64,000 nt of DNA from Alkalispirochaeta sp. (GTDB lineage: Bacteria; Spirochaetota; Spirochaetia; DSM-27196; Alkalispirochaetaceae), in assembly GCA_965242725.1 (NCBI GenBank), contig CBDESZ010000001.1, forward strand, positions 58,680-122,679, read 5' to 3'. A model generated the notes under the pieces. The model saw only the letters and a program-made list of their open reading frames with translations, ran no database searches and was not told the DNA's origin. Below are positions 1 to 11,527 of the stretch, piece by piece; the stretch's first letter is position 1; each line of letters begins with the position of its first letter. Made by a program: the position numbers and the translations under genes.

Positions 1-1
1 T

Positions 2-616
2 GCAGCCTTTCAGGGCCTTCACATACCCGTCGTATTCCTTGACACCTTTATTGACTTTCTGCCCTTTGACTTCATCGACATGAACAATCAGGATTCGGTG
101 TACCGGGTGGTGGAGCATTTCATTTCCAAGGGGCACCGCGAGATCGGAATGGTCCGATCCCTCGTGCAGACGCGGAACTTTCACCTGCGTCATCTTGGTT
201 TTGTTCAGACAATGGCGGCCCTTGAGCGACCGCTGCAGGAAGAATTCATCTTTGACTGTGACTCCACATTTGACGGCGCATATCTGGACATGCAGAAAAT
301 CATCAATGAAGGCACGCCGCTCCCCTCTGCGCTCTTCTGCACAAACGACATCATGGCATTCGGTGTGATGAAGGCGCTCCGCGAATCAGGCTACCGTATT
401 CCTGAAGACATATCGGTCATCGGATTTGACGATCTGCCGACGTCTGCATTGATGGATCCGCCCCTGACGAGCATCGCGGTCTCAAAATGGGAAATCGGCA
501 ACACCGCGGTAAACAGACTGACAAACCGTATTGCCGCCCCGCGAATGCCGGCGGTGAAAATCGTTATTGGCGGTACGCTTATAGAACGGGCGAGTGTCAG
601 GGACATGACCATATAA
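2..616 (+). CDS. LacI/GalR-family regulator, C-terminal ligand-binding domain (5' end outside window)
   Basis: Frame open from nt 2; motifs 'SALFCTNDIMAFG', 'IPEDISVIGFDD', 'PPLTSI', 'LIERAS'. Confidence 0.9.
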   Translation, partial: AAFQGLHIPVVFLDTFIDFLPFDFIDMNNQDSVYRVVEHFISKGHREIGMVRSLVQTRNFHLRHLGFVQTMAALERPLQEEFIFDCDSTFDGAYLDMQKIINEGTPLPSALFCTNDIMAFGVMKALRESGYRIPEDISVIGFDDLPTSALMDPPLTSIAVSKWEIGNTAVNRLTNRIAAPRMPAVKIVIGGTLIERASVRDMTI

Positions 617-675
617 AACGTACCGGTGTCCCTCGTTTGCCGGGAGGCGACGCGGCGACGCCGGTTCCGGACCTG

Positions 676-699
676 CGGACCCGCCCGAAGGCGGGTCCG
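676..699. terminator. Perfect 10-bp GC hairpin between convergent genes; C(UUCG)G loop on - strand, no U-tract
   Basis: CGGACCCGCC-CGAA-GGCGGGTCCG. Confidence 0.55.
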
Positions 700-727
700 G
701 TCGGAAATCCCTGCTTCACCTCTTACA

Positions 728-1810
728 TCAGCCGTCCCATCCGTAATCACGACGGTCCTTCCAGGGACTTCCACTTTCGTACCGCTCGGGATGCAATACC
801 TTTGGTCTCGGATCTTCGGCGACATCCAGCTGCATTACCATCCACTTTGGATAGGGTGTACCGGGATCACTTGCCTCGTTGAGTTCCTTTACATCCTGGT
901 CCGTCAAGAGAACATCGGTCGCGGCAATATTGTCCGCCAGGTGTTCTTTTTTACGTCCCGCAATGATGACGCTGGAAACGGCCGGCTGGGCAAGTATCCA
1001 GGCGAGAGAGATCCTGGCGACGCTCACGCCGTGGCGGTCTGCAACTTTTTTTGCGGCCTCGACGACGTTGTAACCCATCTCTTTGTCAAAAGGCACAAAA
1101 TTACCGTTCTCGCCAAACCGGGTCCCCTCCGGTGCCGGCTTTCCGCTTTCGTACTTACCGCTCAGGAAGCCGCCGGCAAGGGGGCTCCAGACCAGAATTC
1201 CCAGATCGTGATATTCCGCCATCGACTGAAAATCAAACTCCAGACCCCGTCCGACGAGACTGTAGTACATCTGGGCAGTGACGAAACGGTTCAATCCCAA
1301 CCGTTCCTGCATACCCACCGCTGTTGCTCCCTGCCAGGAAAGGTAATTGCTGAAACCGATGTAGCGCACTTTCCCCTGACGGACCAGATCGTCCATGGCG
1401 CGCAGCGTCTCCTCCAGAGGGGTGTTGCTGTCCCAACCATGAAGCTGAAACAGGTCGATGTAGTCCGTCTGCAGACGCTTCAGACTGCTCTCTATTCCCC
1501 GGATGATATTTACACGGGTGGCACCGCTCCTGTTGAAGTTGTCACTCATCGGTAACCGGCACTTTGTAGCAAGCACGAGGTCATCCCGCTTTCCCTGTAT
1601 CGCCTTCCCGATAAACTCTTCGCTTTGTCCGAGTGAATAGACATCGGCAGTGTCAATGAAATTGATTCCCTGATCCAGAGCAAATCCGACGAGGTCATTG
1701 GTCGCCTTCTGGTCGAGGTTTCCCATATTCATCTTCTGACCGAACTGCATCGTTCCAAGAGCGACTTCGCTTACTATAAGTCCGCTGTGTCCCAATCGTC
1801 TGTACTTCAT
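728..1810 (-). CDS. Aldo/keto reductase
   Basis: 'LGHSGLIVSEVALGTM', 'DTADVY', 'ATK', 'SLKRLQTDYIDL', 'WSPLAGG'; SD AAGGAG. Confidence 0.95.
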   Translation of the reverse strand: MKYRRLGHSGLIVSEVALGTMQFGQKMNMGNLDQKATNDLVGFALDQGINFIDTADVYSLGQSEEFIGKAIQGKRDDLVLATKCRLPMSDNFNRSGATRVNIIRGIESSLKRLQTDYIDLFQLHGWDSNTPLEETLRAMDDLVRQGKVRYIGFSNYLSWQGATAVGMQERLGLNRFVTAQMYYSLVGRGLEFDFQSMAEYHDLGILVWSPLAGGFLSGKYESGKPAPEGTRFGENGNFVPFDKEMGYNVVEAAKKVADRHGVSVARISLAWILAQPAVSSVIIAGRKKEHLADNIAATDVLLTDQDVKELNEASDPGTPYPKWMVMQLDVAEDPRPKVLHPERYESGSPWKDRRDYGWDG

Positions 1811-1842
1811 CTGTTGCTCCTTATGTATGATTTTGTATATCT

Positions 1843-1870
1843 ATTGTAGTATCACTGTGTACGAGGTCAA
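1843..1870 (-). promoter_or_regulatory. Sigma70-type promoter of AKR gene
   Basis: TTGACC-16-TACAAT, flanked by inverted repeat TTTTGTAT (1831-1838) / ATACAAAA (1873-1880). Confidence 0.6.
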
Positions 1871-1974
1871 GGATACAAAACGTCGGGCCGGCAAACGGAC
1901 ATCCTACATAAGAAAATCCATTCATTTCCCTGCATCTGCGATCAACAGACACTTTCTGATATAGTGTGACCGCC

Positions 1975-3831
1975 ATGACCGGCGACGCAAAGAACCTCCT
2001 GAAAAAGACCTTCGGCTTCTCATCATTCAGACCTCATCAGGAAGATATCGTGGCGGCGATACTGGACCATCGTGACGTCTTTGCCGCGCTGCCCACCGGC
2101 GGCGGCAAGTCCCTCTGTTACCAGCTGCCTTCGCTGCTCCTGCCGAATCTGACCGTCGTGGTGAGCCCCTTGATCGCCCTCATGGAGGATCAGGTGACGG
2201 CGGCGCGGCAGATGGGGATTCCCGCCTCGTATCTCAACAGCACCCTCGGTGAGGAGGAGGCACGCTCGCTCTACCGGGAGATACACGCCGGTGTGATAAA
2301 ACTTCTCTACGTTTCGCCGGAACGACTTTCCCAGCCGAGATTTCGGGAAGCCCTTCACGGTTGGGGGGTATCGCTTTTCGCCATTGACGAGGCGCACTGT
2401 ATCTCCGAGTGGGGCCACGAGTTTCGTCCGGAGTACCGGAACCTCACGGTTCTGCGATCCGAGTTTCCCGACGCGACGCTCGCGGCGTTCACCGCGACGG
2501 CCACACCTCGTGTACAGAATGATGTTGTGTCGCTCCTCTCCCTCCGGGATGCCCACCTCGTTCGGGGTAATTTTGACCGCAGGGAAATATTCTACCGGGT
2601 AGCTCGCAAGGAACGGGTCAACCGTCAGATCCACGACTTTATCGTCCGCCACTCGGACGAACCGGGCATCGTCTATCGCGCCACCCGCCGCTCCGTGGAC
2701 GATACCGCCGCCTTTCTGGAGAACCACGGCGTTTCCGCACTGCCCTACCATGCAGGCCTTTCCGACGGGAATCGTCGGAGCAATCAGGCGGCGTTTGTCC
2801 GGGACGAAGTACAGGTGATTGTCGCAACCATCGCCTTCGGTATGGGCATAGACAAATCAAATGTGCGCTGGGTCGTCCACGGCGACCTGCCGCGGAGCGT
2901 TGAGGCGTACTATCAGGAGACGGGCCGGGCGGGCCGTGACGGAGAGGACGCCGACACATGCCTGTTCTACGCCCCGGCGGACATCGCAAAGATCCGCTAT
3001 CACATCGACCGCATGGAGGTCGACCGGGAACGGGAACAGGCGGAAGAGAACCTCAAGGAGGTGCTTCGATTTGTGGACTCCACGGTGTGCCGCCGGACAC
3101 AGCTGTTACGACACTTCGGGCAGCAGCACGACGGTACATGTAACCGATGCGATGTCTGCACCACCACATCCACCATGGAGGACTGCACCAGGGAGGCACA
3201 AATGGTCATGTCCGCCATGGTGCGCACCGGCGAACGCTTCGGTACCCACCACGTAATCGATGTGGTGACCGGCACCACCGGGGATCGCATACAACGGCTC
3301 GGTCATGACGGATTGCCGACCTTCGGGGTCGGTGCGGACCGTTCGCGGTCGTGGTGGATACGCCTGACTGCGGATATGGAAGCGGCGAATCTCGTGGAAC
3401 GTCGCGACGGGGAGCGCAGCGGCCTCCGACTCACCCGACGGGGAAAGGATGTGCTCTCCGGACGGGAACATTTCCGGCGACTTCACCGGGAGGAGAGCGT
3501 TCAGCGTGGCGGCACGGACAGGAGAAGTACCCCGTCGCCGTCAGGAAGCGCAGACGCGTCCGACGCGGCGGCGACGCTCGCCGAGGAAGAAGGAGACGCC
3601 CTCTTTCTCTGTCTCAAGAAGCTCAGACTCCGTCTTGCCCGGGAAGGTTCCCTTCCGCCCTATTTGATTTTCAGTGACCGCACGCTCCGCTCAATGGTTC
3701 AACTTTGTCCGCAGGAACGCCGGCAGCTGCTCGCCGTCCGTGGTGTGGGAGAACGGAAGGCGGACAGGTACGGCGACGCATTTCTGGAGCGTATCCGGGG
3801 ATTTCTGGCTACCGGCAGCTGTCCCGATTGA
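1975..3831 (+). CDS. recQ: ATP-dependent DNA helicase RecQ
   Basis: 'PTGGGKSLCYQLP', 'DEAHCISEWGHEFRP', 'ATIAFGMGIDK', 'YYQETGRAGRDG', Zn-binding Cys, RQC and HRDC; alternative GTG start 1966. Confidence 0.95.
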   Translation: MTGDAKNLLKKTFGFSSFRPHQEDIVAAILDHRDVFAALPTGGGKSLCYQLPSLLLPNLTVVVSPLIALMEDQVTAARQMGIPASYLNSTLGEEEARSLYREIHAGVIKLLYVSPERLSQPRFREALHGWGVSLFAIDEAHCISEWGHEFRPEYRNLTVLRSEFPDATLAAFTATATPRVQNDVVSLLSLRDAHLVRGNFDRREIFYRVARKERVNRQIHDFIVRHSDEPGIVYRATRRSVDDTAAFLENHGVSALPYHAGLSDGNRRSNQAAFVRDEVQVIVATIAFGMGIDKSNVRWVVHGDLPRSVEAYYQETGRAGRDGEDADTCLFYAPADIAKIRYHIDRMEVDREREQAEENLKEVLRFVDSTVCRRTQLLRHFGQQHDGTCNRCDVCTTTSTMEDCTREAQMVMSAMVRTGERFGTHHVIDVVTGTTGDRIQRLGHDGLPTFGVGADRSRSWWIRLTADMEAANLVERRDGERSGLRLTRRGKDVLSGREHFRRLHREESVQRGGTDRRSTPSPSGSADASDAAATLAEEEGDALFLCLKKLRLRLAREGSLPPYLIFSDRTLRSMVQLCPQERRQLLAVRGVGERKADRYGDAFLERIRGFLATGSCPD

Positions 3832-3855
3832 CGTATCGAAGCGGGGACGACGAAA

Positions 3856-5727
3856 TCATCCTGTTGTTGCTTCAGTGGTCCTGAACCGGGTGACCCGGTG
3901 TTCTATTTCCCCGATCGTCTCGCGATTGGCGTTTGACATTTCATTCACGTTTGTGATCGAAATATTGATCTCCCGCGTGCCGGCCACGATCTCTTCCATG
4001 GAGGAACGCATCGCCGCCGTTGCCTCACTGAGTTCCGATACGACCTGGAGAATCTGGCGATTGGCGCTGCTCATTTCGGATGCACCAACCTGGACGGTAC
4101 GGGCAATTTCATTGAGCTCATTCATGGCGCCACGAATTTCCCGACCGTGCTGCCCCTGAAGTTCAATCTCACCCGAGAGCCGGGCAAAGACATCTTCCAC
4201 CTCACGGATCGTACCGTCAACCTTACCGAGAAGCTCTTTGGTTTGATTGGTACGGCCGACGCTTGTTTCAATATCGGATTCCATACCCTTTATTTCGTCG
4301 GCGATACGCCTGGACTGGGTGGACGATTGGTCGGCGAGTTTCCTGATTTCTTCTGCAACGACGGAAAATCCCCGTCCGCTCTCTCCTGCGTGGGCCGCTT
4401 CTATGGCCGCGTTCATCGCAAGGAGGTTTGTCTGTGCCGCGATGTTCACAACAAATGAGTTGGCCTCCTGCAGCGACCGGGAGCGATTCGTCATTTTTTC
4501 CACGGCGGTCTGCATCTCCTCTGCGGCGTTGTTTCCGTCATCGATACGTTCCCGCAGTGCATGAATCTGTTCACGGGTATTTCCCGAGGTTGCGAGTATT
4601 GATTCAACGCCGCCGAGCATTTTATTGATGGTCTCCGCGGTACGGTCGATAGTCGCGGCTTCACGTTCGACCTGTTCATTGAGAGCGTCTATGTTTCGCG
4701 TCAATTCTTCAACTGACGCCGCCGTTGAGGTTACCTGTCCGCCCTGGTTATCCACCTGTCGAGTCACGCTTTCGATGTTGGCCGTGATTTGATTGACCGC
4801 TGCCGCCGTTTCATTCATATTCGTCGCCAGATCGGTACCCAGGTTCTTCAATGTGCCCACAGACTCTTTCATCCCTGCAATCATCACCTGCAGCGACTCG
4901 ATAAAGCCGTCAAAACTCCGTGCGACCTGCCCCACCTCATCGGTGCCGTTAACGGGGAGCCGCTGGGTCAGGTCCGCCGCGCCCGCCGCGATCTCGTTCA
5001 GCGCTCCGCTGACATGCGACAGCGGCCGCATGAGTCGCCGACCGATGAGAAATATCACGACAAAGAATACGATTACCGCAACCAGGGACGCGGCGATCAT
5101 TGAATAGACAATACGACTCAGCCGCGTGCGATTGGCGGCGTCGATATCCGAGAGAAGCACCTCGATTTGATCGATATAGTTGCCCGTTCCTACCACCCAG
5201 TCAAACGGTTCAAAAAGAAGGGAGTACCCCCTCTTCGGGAACGCCTCTCCTCCGCCACTCTTGGGAAACCAGTAGTCTGTGTATCCGCCCCCCGGCTGTG
5301 ACCCCTTCTCGATGATCTCCCGTATAATGTACTTGCCGTTTACGTCCTGCAGATCCATACGATTGGTTCCCTCCGAGTCGCGCCCCAGCAGTACGACGTT
5401 GGTGCCGTCACTGGTATCCACCCAGAAATACCCCTCTTCACCGTACCGCAGGTCCCGCAGCGCGTCGGCGGCGTCGCGCCGCGCCCGCTCCATCGAGACT
5501 TCACCCTCCCGGGCACGCTGATAGTGATAGTTGACGAGACTTACCGCCGTCTCGACCTGGGTTTTGATCATTTCATCGTAGTCCCTGAGCAGCAATTCCC
5601 GCTCCGTCATTTGAATCTCTTCAAAGATACCGCGTATGGAAAGTGCGATCACTGCGGTGAGCGAGGCCATTAAAAGGGCCGCCGTTATTCCGGCAGCCAA
5701 TGCTATTTTTGTACTTAAGTGTTTCAA
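3856..5727 (-). CDS. Methyl-accepting chemotaxis protein (sCache, HAMP, long spirochaete-type signalling domain)
   Basis: Two TM helices, 'LRYGEEGYFW', HAMP 'DLTQRLPV..DEVG', '[23 protein letters not shown]'; TTG start 5727 after AAGGGTG. Confidence 0.93.
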   Translation of the reverse strand: MKHLSTKIALAAGITAALLMASLTAVIALSIRGIFEEIQMTERELLLRDYDEMIKTQVETAVSLVNYHYQRAREGEVSMERARRDAADALRDLRYGEEGYFWVDTSDGTNVVLLGRDSEGTNRMDLQDVNGKYIIREIIEKGSQPGGGYTDYWFPKSGGGEAFPKRGYSLLFEPFDWVVGTGNYIDQIEVLLSDIDAANRTRLSRIVYSMIAASLVAVIVFFVVIFLIGRRLMRPLSHVSGALNEIAAGAADLTQRLPVNGTDEVGQVARSFDGFIESLQVMIAGMKESVGTLKNLGTDLATNMNETAAAVNQITANIESVTRQVDNQGGQVTSTAASVEELTRNIDALNEQVEREAATIDRTAETINKMLGGVESILATSGNTREQIHALRERIDDGNNAAEEMQTAVEKMTNRSRSLQEANSFVVNIAAQTNLLAMNAAIEAAHAGESGRGFSVVAEEIRKLADQSSTQSRRIADEIKGMESDIETSVGRTNQTKELLGKVDGTIREVEDVFARLSGEIELQGQHGREIRGAMNELNEIARTVQVGASEMSSANRQILQVVSELSEATAAMRSSMEEIVAGTREINISITNVNEMSNANRETIGEIEHRVTRFRTTEATTG

Positions 5728-5910
5728 GAAAAATTCACCCTTTTTTCGATCAAGCCACGGCACGGAACGGCCGTATGAATTGAGGCGTCAAATTGTAGCG
5801 GCAACTCAGGAGGAACGCAAGAAAAATCTACGTGTGCGCGTGATGCCGGGAAATCGATCGTCGGTGCTTGCAGATCGGGCCATCTTCTCCTACTATCCTG
5901 GAAACCCAAA

Positions 5911-7824
5911 ATGAAAAGTCGGTTGTCTGCTCGTCTACTTCTCATGGCTGTTCTCCCTCTCGTTGTATCCTTTGCAATGTTCGTTCTCGCCCTCGGCGCC
6001 TTCAACCGCGTCAGGGGAGTCGTGGTGGAGGTTCAGGAAGAAAAGATGCAGCAGATGGTGGCGCTGGCGAGCAGTTCCATAAACCGGCTCTGGATCGCTC
6101 CCCGGATCTACGCCGCTCATTCGCTGAGTCAAAGCCCGACCCTGTCCGAGCATCTCGCCCGGGGTGACCGGGCGGAGGAGCTCTACGAGGAATGGTCATC
6201 GGCGCGTTCAATCCTGGAGGGGACGTTTTACATCTATTACGCCCTTGAAGACGGAAGCATTCTCCACTATCCCCCGGTTCCGCTTCCCGAGGGATTCGAC
6301 CCGCGGACAAGACCGTGGTACAAAGCGGGTATCGCCTCTCCCGGAGGGACGGTCTGGTCTCCGCCCTATGAAGAAGTCGTAACCGGAGAAACCCTCGTCA
6401 GCGCGGTAACGCCCCTGTTCGACGACGGGGGAAATCGGATCGGTGTCTTTTCAATGGATGTCGTTCTGGAAGCGGTGGAAACGTCCCTTGAAGGTATTGA
6501 GCTCCCCCGGGATGGAGAAGTCTTTCTCTTGAACCGGCAGGGGCTGCCATTCGTAGGAACCGACGAGCACATCGTCGAGGCGGGATCCCTGCCCGCTCCG
6601 ACGGACAAACTCATCGTGGACATCGGGGATCCTCTCTCCAGCGGGTGGCGCGTTGCGGTGGTCGTGCCGAGGCAGTCTCTTACCGACCGCTTTGCCCGCG
6701 TCCGGCAGCCGATGGTCTTTTCCTTCGGGCTCCTGGCGGCCCTCTCGGCCATCGTCATTTCATGGCTGGTTGGCAGTCTCGTATCAAGGACGCGACGTCT
6801 GGCAGCGTACTTTGACGATGTGACTCGGGGTGACACGCCGATTCATCTCGTTTTTCGGACGAGAGACGAGTTTCATTATCTCAATAAACAGTTCAACAGA
6901 GTCATTCTGGACGCGCGGCATATGGAAGAGCGGAGACTATCCCAGGAACGACGCTTTCGTCTCCTTGTGGAACGAGCTCCCATTGGATTCTTTCGAACCC
7001 GTCTCGACGGTTCCGTCATCTACGCAAACGACCACCTCGCGCGATTGCTCGGCAGGAACCAGGAAGAACTGTACCGGCTCCCGACAATCGCTCTGCTTTA
7101 CCGAAATCGGAAGGACCGGAACGACATTCTCACCGCCCTGGAGTCCGACGGGGAAGTGCGGGACAGACGGATTCAATACGTGCAAATGACCGGAAAGATC
7201 ATGTGGCTGTCCATTAACGCCGTTTTAACACCCCCCGACGAGGGAGAATCGGAGCGCCATATCGAGGGGTTTGTTGTAGACGTCACCACCGACATGGCGG
7301 AACGGGAAAATCTCAAGCGGCTTTCCGAGACCGACCCTCTCACGGGGATTGCCAATCGGCGATCCTTCAACGCCGCGACGGCGCGTCTCATGGAGCGGAG
7401 CAAGACCTTTGGAGATCCCGTCGGGCTGATTCTCTTCGATGTCGATCATTTCAAACGCCTGAACGACAATCGGGGTCACGACCTCGGCGACGCGGTGCTG
7501 CGACTGGTTTCCTCCATCGGAACCCGGATCATCCGCCGGTCGGACCTGTTTGCACGGATCGGAGGCGACGAATTTGCCATTCTCCTCCCCGGCGCGACGG
7601 AAGAAGATGCCTATCACCTCGGTTGTGAACTCAGAAAGGAAGTGGAAGCAGCCCGGCATTCTCTCGGCCTGTCACACAAGGTGACGGTGAGTGTCGGTGT
7701 AGGATGCTCCGCCGGCGATGAAACAGATCTCCGTGAGACGATCAAAATCGCCGACAACGCCCTCTATGCGGCGAAGAACGCCGGACGCAATTGCGTCCGG
7801 CGCGCGTCGGAGTGCTGCAGGTAA
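5911..7824 (+). CDS. Diguanylate cyclase (dCache-HAMP-like-PAS-GGDEF)
   Basis: 'FDPRTRPWY' Cache, PAS, 'DPLTGIANRR', 'DVDHFK', RxxD I-site 'RRSD' five residues before 'GGDEF'. Confidence 0.92.
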   Translation: MKSRLSARLLLMAVLPLVVSFAMFVLALGAFNRVRGVVVEVQEEKMQQMVALASSSINRLWIAPRIYAAHSLSQSPTLSEHLARGDRAEELYEEWSSARSILEGTFYIYYALEDGSILHYPPVPLPEGFDPRTRPWYKAGIASPGGTVWSPPYEEVVTGETLVSAVTPLFDDGGNRIGVFSMDVVLEAVETSLEGIELPRDGEVFLLNRQGLPFVGTDEHIVEAGSLPAPTDKLIVDIGDPLSSGWRVAVVVPRQSLTDRFARVRQPMVFSFGLLAALSAIVISWLVGSLVSRTRRLAAYFDDVTRGDTPIHLVFRTRDEFHYLNKQFNRVILDARHMEERRLSQERRFRLLVERAPIGFFRTRLDGSVIYANDHLARLLGRNQEELYRLPTIALLYRNRKDRNDILTALESDGEVRDRRIQYVQMTGKIMWLSINAVLTPPDEGESERHIEGFVVDVTTDMAERENLKRLSETDPLTGIANRRSFNAATARLMERSKTFGDPVGLILFDVDHFKRLNDNRGHDLGDAVLRLVSSIGTRIIRRSDLFARIGGDEFAILLPGATEEDAYHLGCELRKEVEAARHSLGLSHKVTVSVGVGCSAGDETDLRETIKIADNALYAAKNAGRNCVRRASECCR

Positions 7825-7876
7825 CGAAATAACGGCAATTTTGCATTCCGTCGTCTGCCGGGTGACACCTCCCGGT

Positions 7877-8344
7877 CTAGCTGACCTGTTCGATCGCTTC
7901 GTCGGTAAAAACGTTCTCGATCCGGAGAAGCAATACGAAATCGTCACCGCCCCGTACCATACCGTAAAGCAGCTGAGCTTCCACAGGCGCCCCCATTTTC
8001 GGCGGCGGCTGTACTGCATCATTTTCGACCGTCAGAACCTCGGCGACACTGTCGACAAGGACGCCGATCAATGTGTCCGCTGCACTCCCGGGACGCTCTA
8101 CAATGACCACCGCGCTGTTCTCCGTGGGCGGCTCCTGCTGCATACCAAGCTTGACCCGCAGGTCGACCACCGGTACCACCCGGCCGCGGACGTTCATCAC
8201 GCCCAGAAGCGACGAGGAAAGGCGTGGAATCCGGGTGATCCGCGGGAGCTCCAGGATTTCCCGTACCGAACGGACGTCAATTCCGTAGATTTCTTCGGCA
8301 AGTCGAAATGTCAAATACTGGGCAGTCGCCAGGATGGTATCCAT
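7877..8344 (-). CDS. cheW: Chemotaxis protein CheW
   Basis: 'YLTFRLAEEIYGIDV..VREI', 'GVMNVRGRVVPVVDLR', 'GVLVDSVAEV'; ATG 8344 with SD inside the MCP 3' end. Confidence 0.93.
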   Translation of the reverse strand: MDTILATAQYLTFRLAEEIYGIDVRSVREILELPRITRIPRLSSSLLGVMNVRGRVVPVVDLRVKLGMQQEPPTENSAVVIVERPGSAADTLIGVLVDSVAEVLTVENDAVQPPPKMGAPVEAQLLYGMVRGGDDFVLLLRIENVFTDEAIEQVS

Positions 8345-8345
8345 A

Positions 8346-10295
8346 TCAATACTCCTCAAAGCTGGCGTCAATTTCGTCGGGAGCCGCGATAACAGCGGTG
8401 TGAAGACGATGGCTGTTGCCGGAACCATTGGACCCGATCGTCCGGGGGAGCCCTTTCCCCACCATTCCCCGGCTGCCCAGGACGAGGTCCGTCCCGCCCC
8501 TGGTTCGGAAAAACGCGATGCTTTCCTTGAGGTGCTCAGCCTGTCGGGCAAGTTCCTCACTCGTCGCGGCCATCTCCTCGGAAGCGCTCGCATTCTGTTG
8601 AATCACCTGGTCAAGCTGGAGAATAGCCTTGTTTATCTGCTCGACACCCTGGTCCTGTTCGTTGCTGGCTGCGCTGATCTCCTGAACGAGGTCTGCCGTG
8701 CGTTGAATATTCGGGACGAGCTCTCTCAACATCGTGCCGGCGTGGGCCGCGACTTCAACACTTGAACTGGAAAGGTCGCCGATTTCCGCCGCCGCAGCCT
8801 GGCTGCGCTGGGCAAGCTTGCCGACTTCCGCCGCAACGACGGCAAAGCCTTTGCCATGCTCGCCGGCGCGGGCTGCTTCAATGGCAGCGTTCAAGGCCAG
8901 CAGATTTGTCTGACGGGCAATCTCTTCAATAATTGTGATCTTTTCCGCGATTGCATTCATCGCCGTCACGGCTCTCGTTACCGCTTCACCGCTTTCCGCC
9001 GCGTTCTTCGCCGCCTGTGTTGCGATTTTCTCCGTCTGGAGGGCGTTATCCGCGTTCTGTTTCACATTGGAACCCATTTGCTCCATAGAAGCGCTGATCT
9101 CTTCGGCGCTGGAGGCCTGCTCGGTTGCACCCTGAGAGAGTTGTTCCGCCGTTGCACTGAGCTGCTGGCTGCCGGTGCTCACGTGGTCACTTGCACTCTG
9201 GACATCGGTAATGACTCGCGCAATCTCACCGACCATCCCGTCCATCGCATCGAGGAGCCGCGCCGTCTCGTCCTTGCTCACCACTTCAAATTCCACGGTG
9301 AGATCCCCTGCGGCGAGCTTGTTTGTCACATCCACCGCGATTGTCAGGGGTTTCAGCTTGCGATAGAGAACGACTACCATGAGGAACAGACTGAGGACGA
9401 TCGCGATACTTCCGTAGAGGATCAGCGTTTCCGCAAGCTCACGTGCATTCTGGATGAAATCGGAAACCGGCATGATTGCCACCGCATTGAAGTCGAACTC
9501 CTCATTGCGGACTGACGTGAGAATCCGGTTTTCGCCTCCGAAATTGTATGTGATGTCGGTCCCTGAAGGGGCGGCGAGCATCTGCCGGCCCCACTCATAC
9601 TCGTTGAGGTTGAGGCTCAGTACATACTCCTGATTCGGATGGGCGATCACCAGGCCGTCCCCGGTGGTGACGGAAACATATCCCGTCTTCCCGACTACCA
9701 CATCGTCTACGAGAGCGGACGAAACTTCATACAGACTCAGGACAAGGCCGAGACCGGCAACAATTTCGCCGTCGCTGTAAATGGGCGCCGTCATGACGAC
9801 GATGGGAAGGCCCGTTCGGGGCGACGGCTCGGGTTGGCCAAGGGCGATCTCACCTTGCAGGGAGAGGAGAGCCGCTGCTCTGTCGCCTTCAGGAAGGACG
9901 ATTCCCACCGCGCCGCCTCCAACTCCGTCCGCCACCACCGTCGGTTCCTGCTCGGCTGAAAAGACGATGACATTTGAATATCCCTCAAAATGGTCAACGT
10001 ATCCGGCCAGATATTCCGATACGGCGGAGTAGTTTCCGACGGCCACATTGGTTGCAAGGACCGGATCATCACTCATGAACTGAGCAATCTCTCTCTGATC
10101 GCGGAAATACGCTTCCAGCCGCGACGCGGTGAGACGGGAAACGATCCTCATTTCGTGCGTCCACGTCTCTTCGAGGAGCCCTGCGGCTCTCGTATATGCG
10201 GTAATACTTAATAGTGTCACGAGCGCGAGTATCACCAATCCGGTGAGTACGCTCAGCGAAAGCTTCATACTTCCGTACTTTTTCTTCCGGTTCAT
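8346..10295 (-). CDS. Methyl-accepting chemotaxis protein (dCache, HAMP, short signalling domain, C-terminal pentapeptide SFEEY)
   Basis: '[27 protein letters not shown]'; ATG 10295 with AGGAGG. Confidence 0.93.
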   Translation of the reverse strand: MNRKKKYGSMKLSLSVLTGLVILALVTLLSITAYTRAAGLLEETWTHEMRIVSRLTASRLEAYFRDQREIAQFMSDDPVLATNVAVGNYSAVSEYLAGYVDHFEGYSNVIVFSAEQEPTVVADGVGGGAVGIVLPEGDRAAALLSLQGEIALGQPEPSPRTGLPIVVMTAPIYSDGEIVAGLGLVLSLYEVSSALVDDVVVGKTGYVSVTTGDGLVIAHPNQEYVLSLNLNEYEWGRQMLAAPSGTDITYNFGGENRILTSVRNEEFDFNAVAIMPVSDFIQNARELAETLILYGSIAIVLSLFLMVVVLYRKLKPLTIAVDVTNKLAAGDLTVEFEVVSKDETARLLDAMDGMVGEIARVITDVQSASDHVSTGSQQLSATAEQLSQGATEQASSAEEISASMEQMGSNVKQNADNALQTEKIATQAAKNAAESGEAVTRAVTAMNAIAEKITIIEEIARQTNLLALNAAIEAARAGEHGKGFAVVAAEVGKLAQRSQAAAAEIGDLSSSSVEVAAHAGTMLRELVPNIQRTADLVQEISAASNEQDQGVEQINKAILQLDQVIQQNASASEEMAATSEELARQAEHLKESIAFFRTRGGTDLVLGSRGMVGKGLPRTIGSNGSGNSHRLHTAVIAAPDEIDASFEEY

Positions 10296-10358
10296 CGCTC
10301 TGAACCTCCTGCTGTAAAATCCGTCGCCACGTGCGTGGGACGTATATGGTTCCTTCAA

Positions 10359-10374
10359 AGCAATCACCGTGCCA
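10359..10374 (-). promoter_or_regulatory. Sigma54 -24/-12 promoter for mcp-cheW
   Basis: TGGCACGGTGATTGCT matches TGGCACG-N4-TTGCW. Confidence 0.85.
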
Positions 10375-10430
10375 CTTTCTTGAATCACTTAATTGTTTAT
10401 ATAAAAATGATTTACACACTGATCACGACG

Positions 10431-10444
10431 GGGACAAATGTCCC
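10431..10444. promoter_or_regulatory. Candidate enhancer (UAS) palindrome, copy 1
   Basis: GGGACAAATGTCCC at about -83 to -96 from predicted +1; degenerate copy at 10450-10463. Confidence 0.65.
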
Positions 10445-10462
10445 TGCCCGCTCCAAATGTCG

Positions 10463-11527
10463 CTATTTCATTGCCGAAAGAACTGCAGCGGCCATCGACT
10501 GGAGTGATACAACCCTGGATACGCCACCCCGTTCCATCGCCTCTTTCGGCATACCGAAGACGACACACGACGCTTCATCCTGTGCATAGGTGACCGCCCC
10601 GGCCTCACGCATTTCCCTGAGGCCTTCCGCTCCGTCGTCTCCCATTCCGGTCATGATGACCCCCACGGCGTTTCGTCCCGCCGCGGATGCGGCGGAACGG
10701 AAGAGAACGTCCACTGAAGGCCGGTGGCGGTTCACCTGCTCTCCGTAGACGACATTCACGCGGTACCGGGCGCCGCTTCTTCGCAGAAGCAGATGTTTGT
10801 TTCCCGGCGCGATCAGGGCACGACCACGCAGGACGGCGTCGTTGTCCTGTGCTTCCTTCACCTTTATCGCGCAAAGACCATCAAGACGTCTGGCAAAGGT
10901 GCGGGTAAAGTGCTCCGGCATGTGTTGGACAATCACAATACCCGGCGCGTCGCTCGGCATCGCTTCCAGAAATACCCGAACCGCCTCGGTGCCTCCCGTG
11001 GATGCGCCTGCCACGACGACCCGCTCCGTTGTCTCGCGCAACCCCTTCGGCGCGGTCCGTTTCAGTACTGCGTCCGCATTGAATCGGGGTACCGGCGTGC
11101 GGCCGTATACCCCGGCTGCACGGAGATTGGCGAGGCTCGCCGCCCGTATCGCGTTTGCGATACGGAACCGAGACTCCTCCAGGAAGTGCTTTGTCCCGAT
11201 TCTCGGTTTGCCGATCACCTCCACCGCCCCCAGTTCCAGGGCGCGTATGGCAGCTTCCGTTCCTTCTCCGACGAGGGACGAGCATATGACGACCGGCAGG
11301 GGGTCGCTCGTCATGATTCGCTGGAGAAACTCGAGACCGTCCATTCGCGGCATTTCAAGGTCGAGAGTTACCACATCAGGACGTTGGTTCTTCATGATTT
11401 CCATAGCGATGACCGGGTCCCGTGCGGTACCGATCACTTCAATGTCTCCGGTGCTGGAAAGGAGTTCCGTCAGGGTTTGACGGACGAGGGCCGAGTCGTC
11501 GACGACAAGGGTCCTGATCTTTTTCAT
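10463..11527 (-). CDS. cheB: Chemotaxis methylesterase CheB
   Basis: Receiver 'VVDDS'/'TLDLEMP'; catalytic 'ASTGG', 'QHMP', 'TGMGDDG'. Confidence 0.96.
   Translation of the reverse strand: MKKIRTLVVDDSALVRQTLTELLSSTGDIEVIGTARDPVIAMEIMKNQRPDVVTLDLEMPRMDGLEFLQRIMTSDPLPVVICSSLVGEGTEAAIRALELGAVEVIGKPRIGTKHFLEESRFRIANAIRAASLANLRAAGVYGRTPVPRFNADAVLKRTAPKGLRETTERVVVAGASTGGTEAVRVFLEAMPSDAPGIVIVQHMPEHFTRTFARRLDGLCAIKVKEAQDNDAVLRGRALIAPGNKHLLLRRSGARYRVNVVYGEQVNRHRPSVDVLFRSAASAAGRNAVGVIMTGMGDDGAEGLREMREAGAVTYAQDEASCVVFGMPKEAMERGGVSRVVSLQSMAAAVLSAMK

Noticed and set aside
626..1555. Long opposite-strand ORFs (also 10724-11659, 17821-18963, 34351-35694, 45562-46749, 50344-51753)
   Set aside because: Antisense shadows of well-supported genes, expected at high GC; no motifs or start signals
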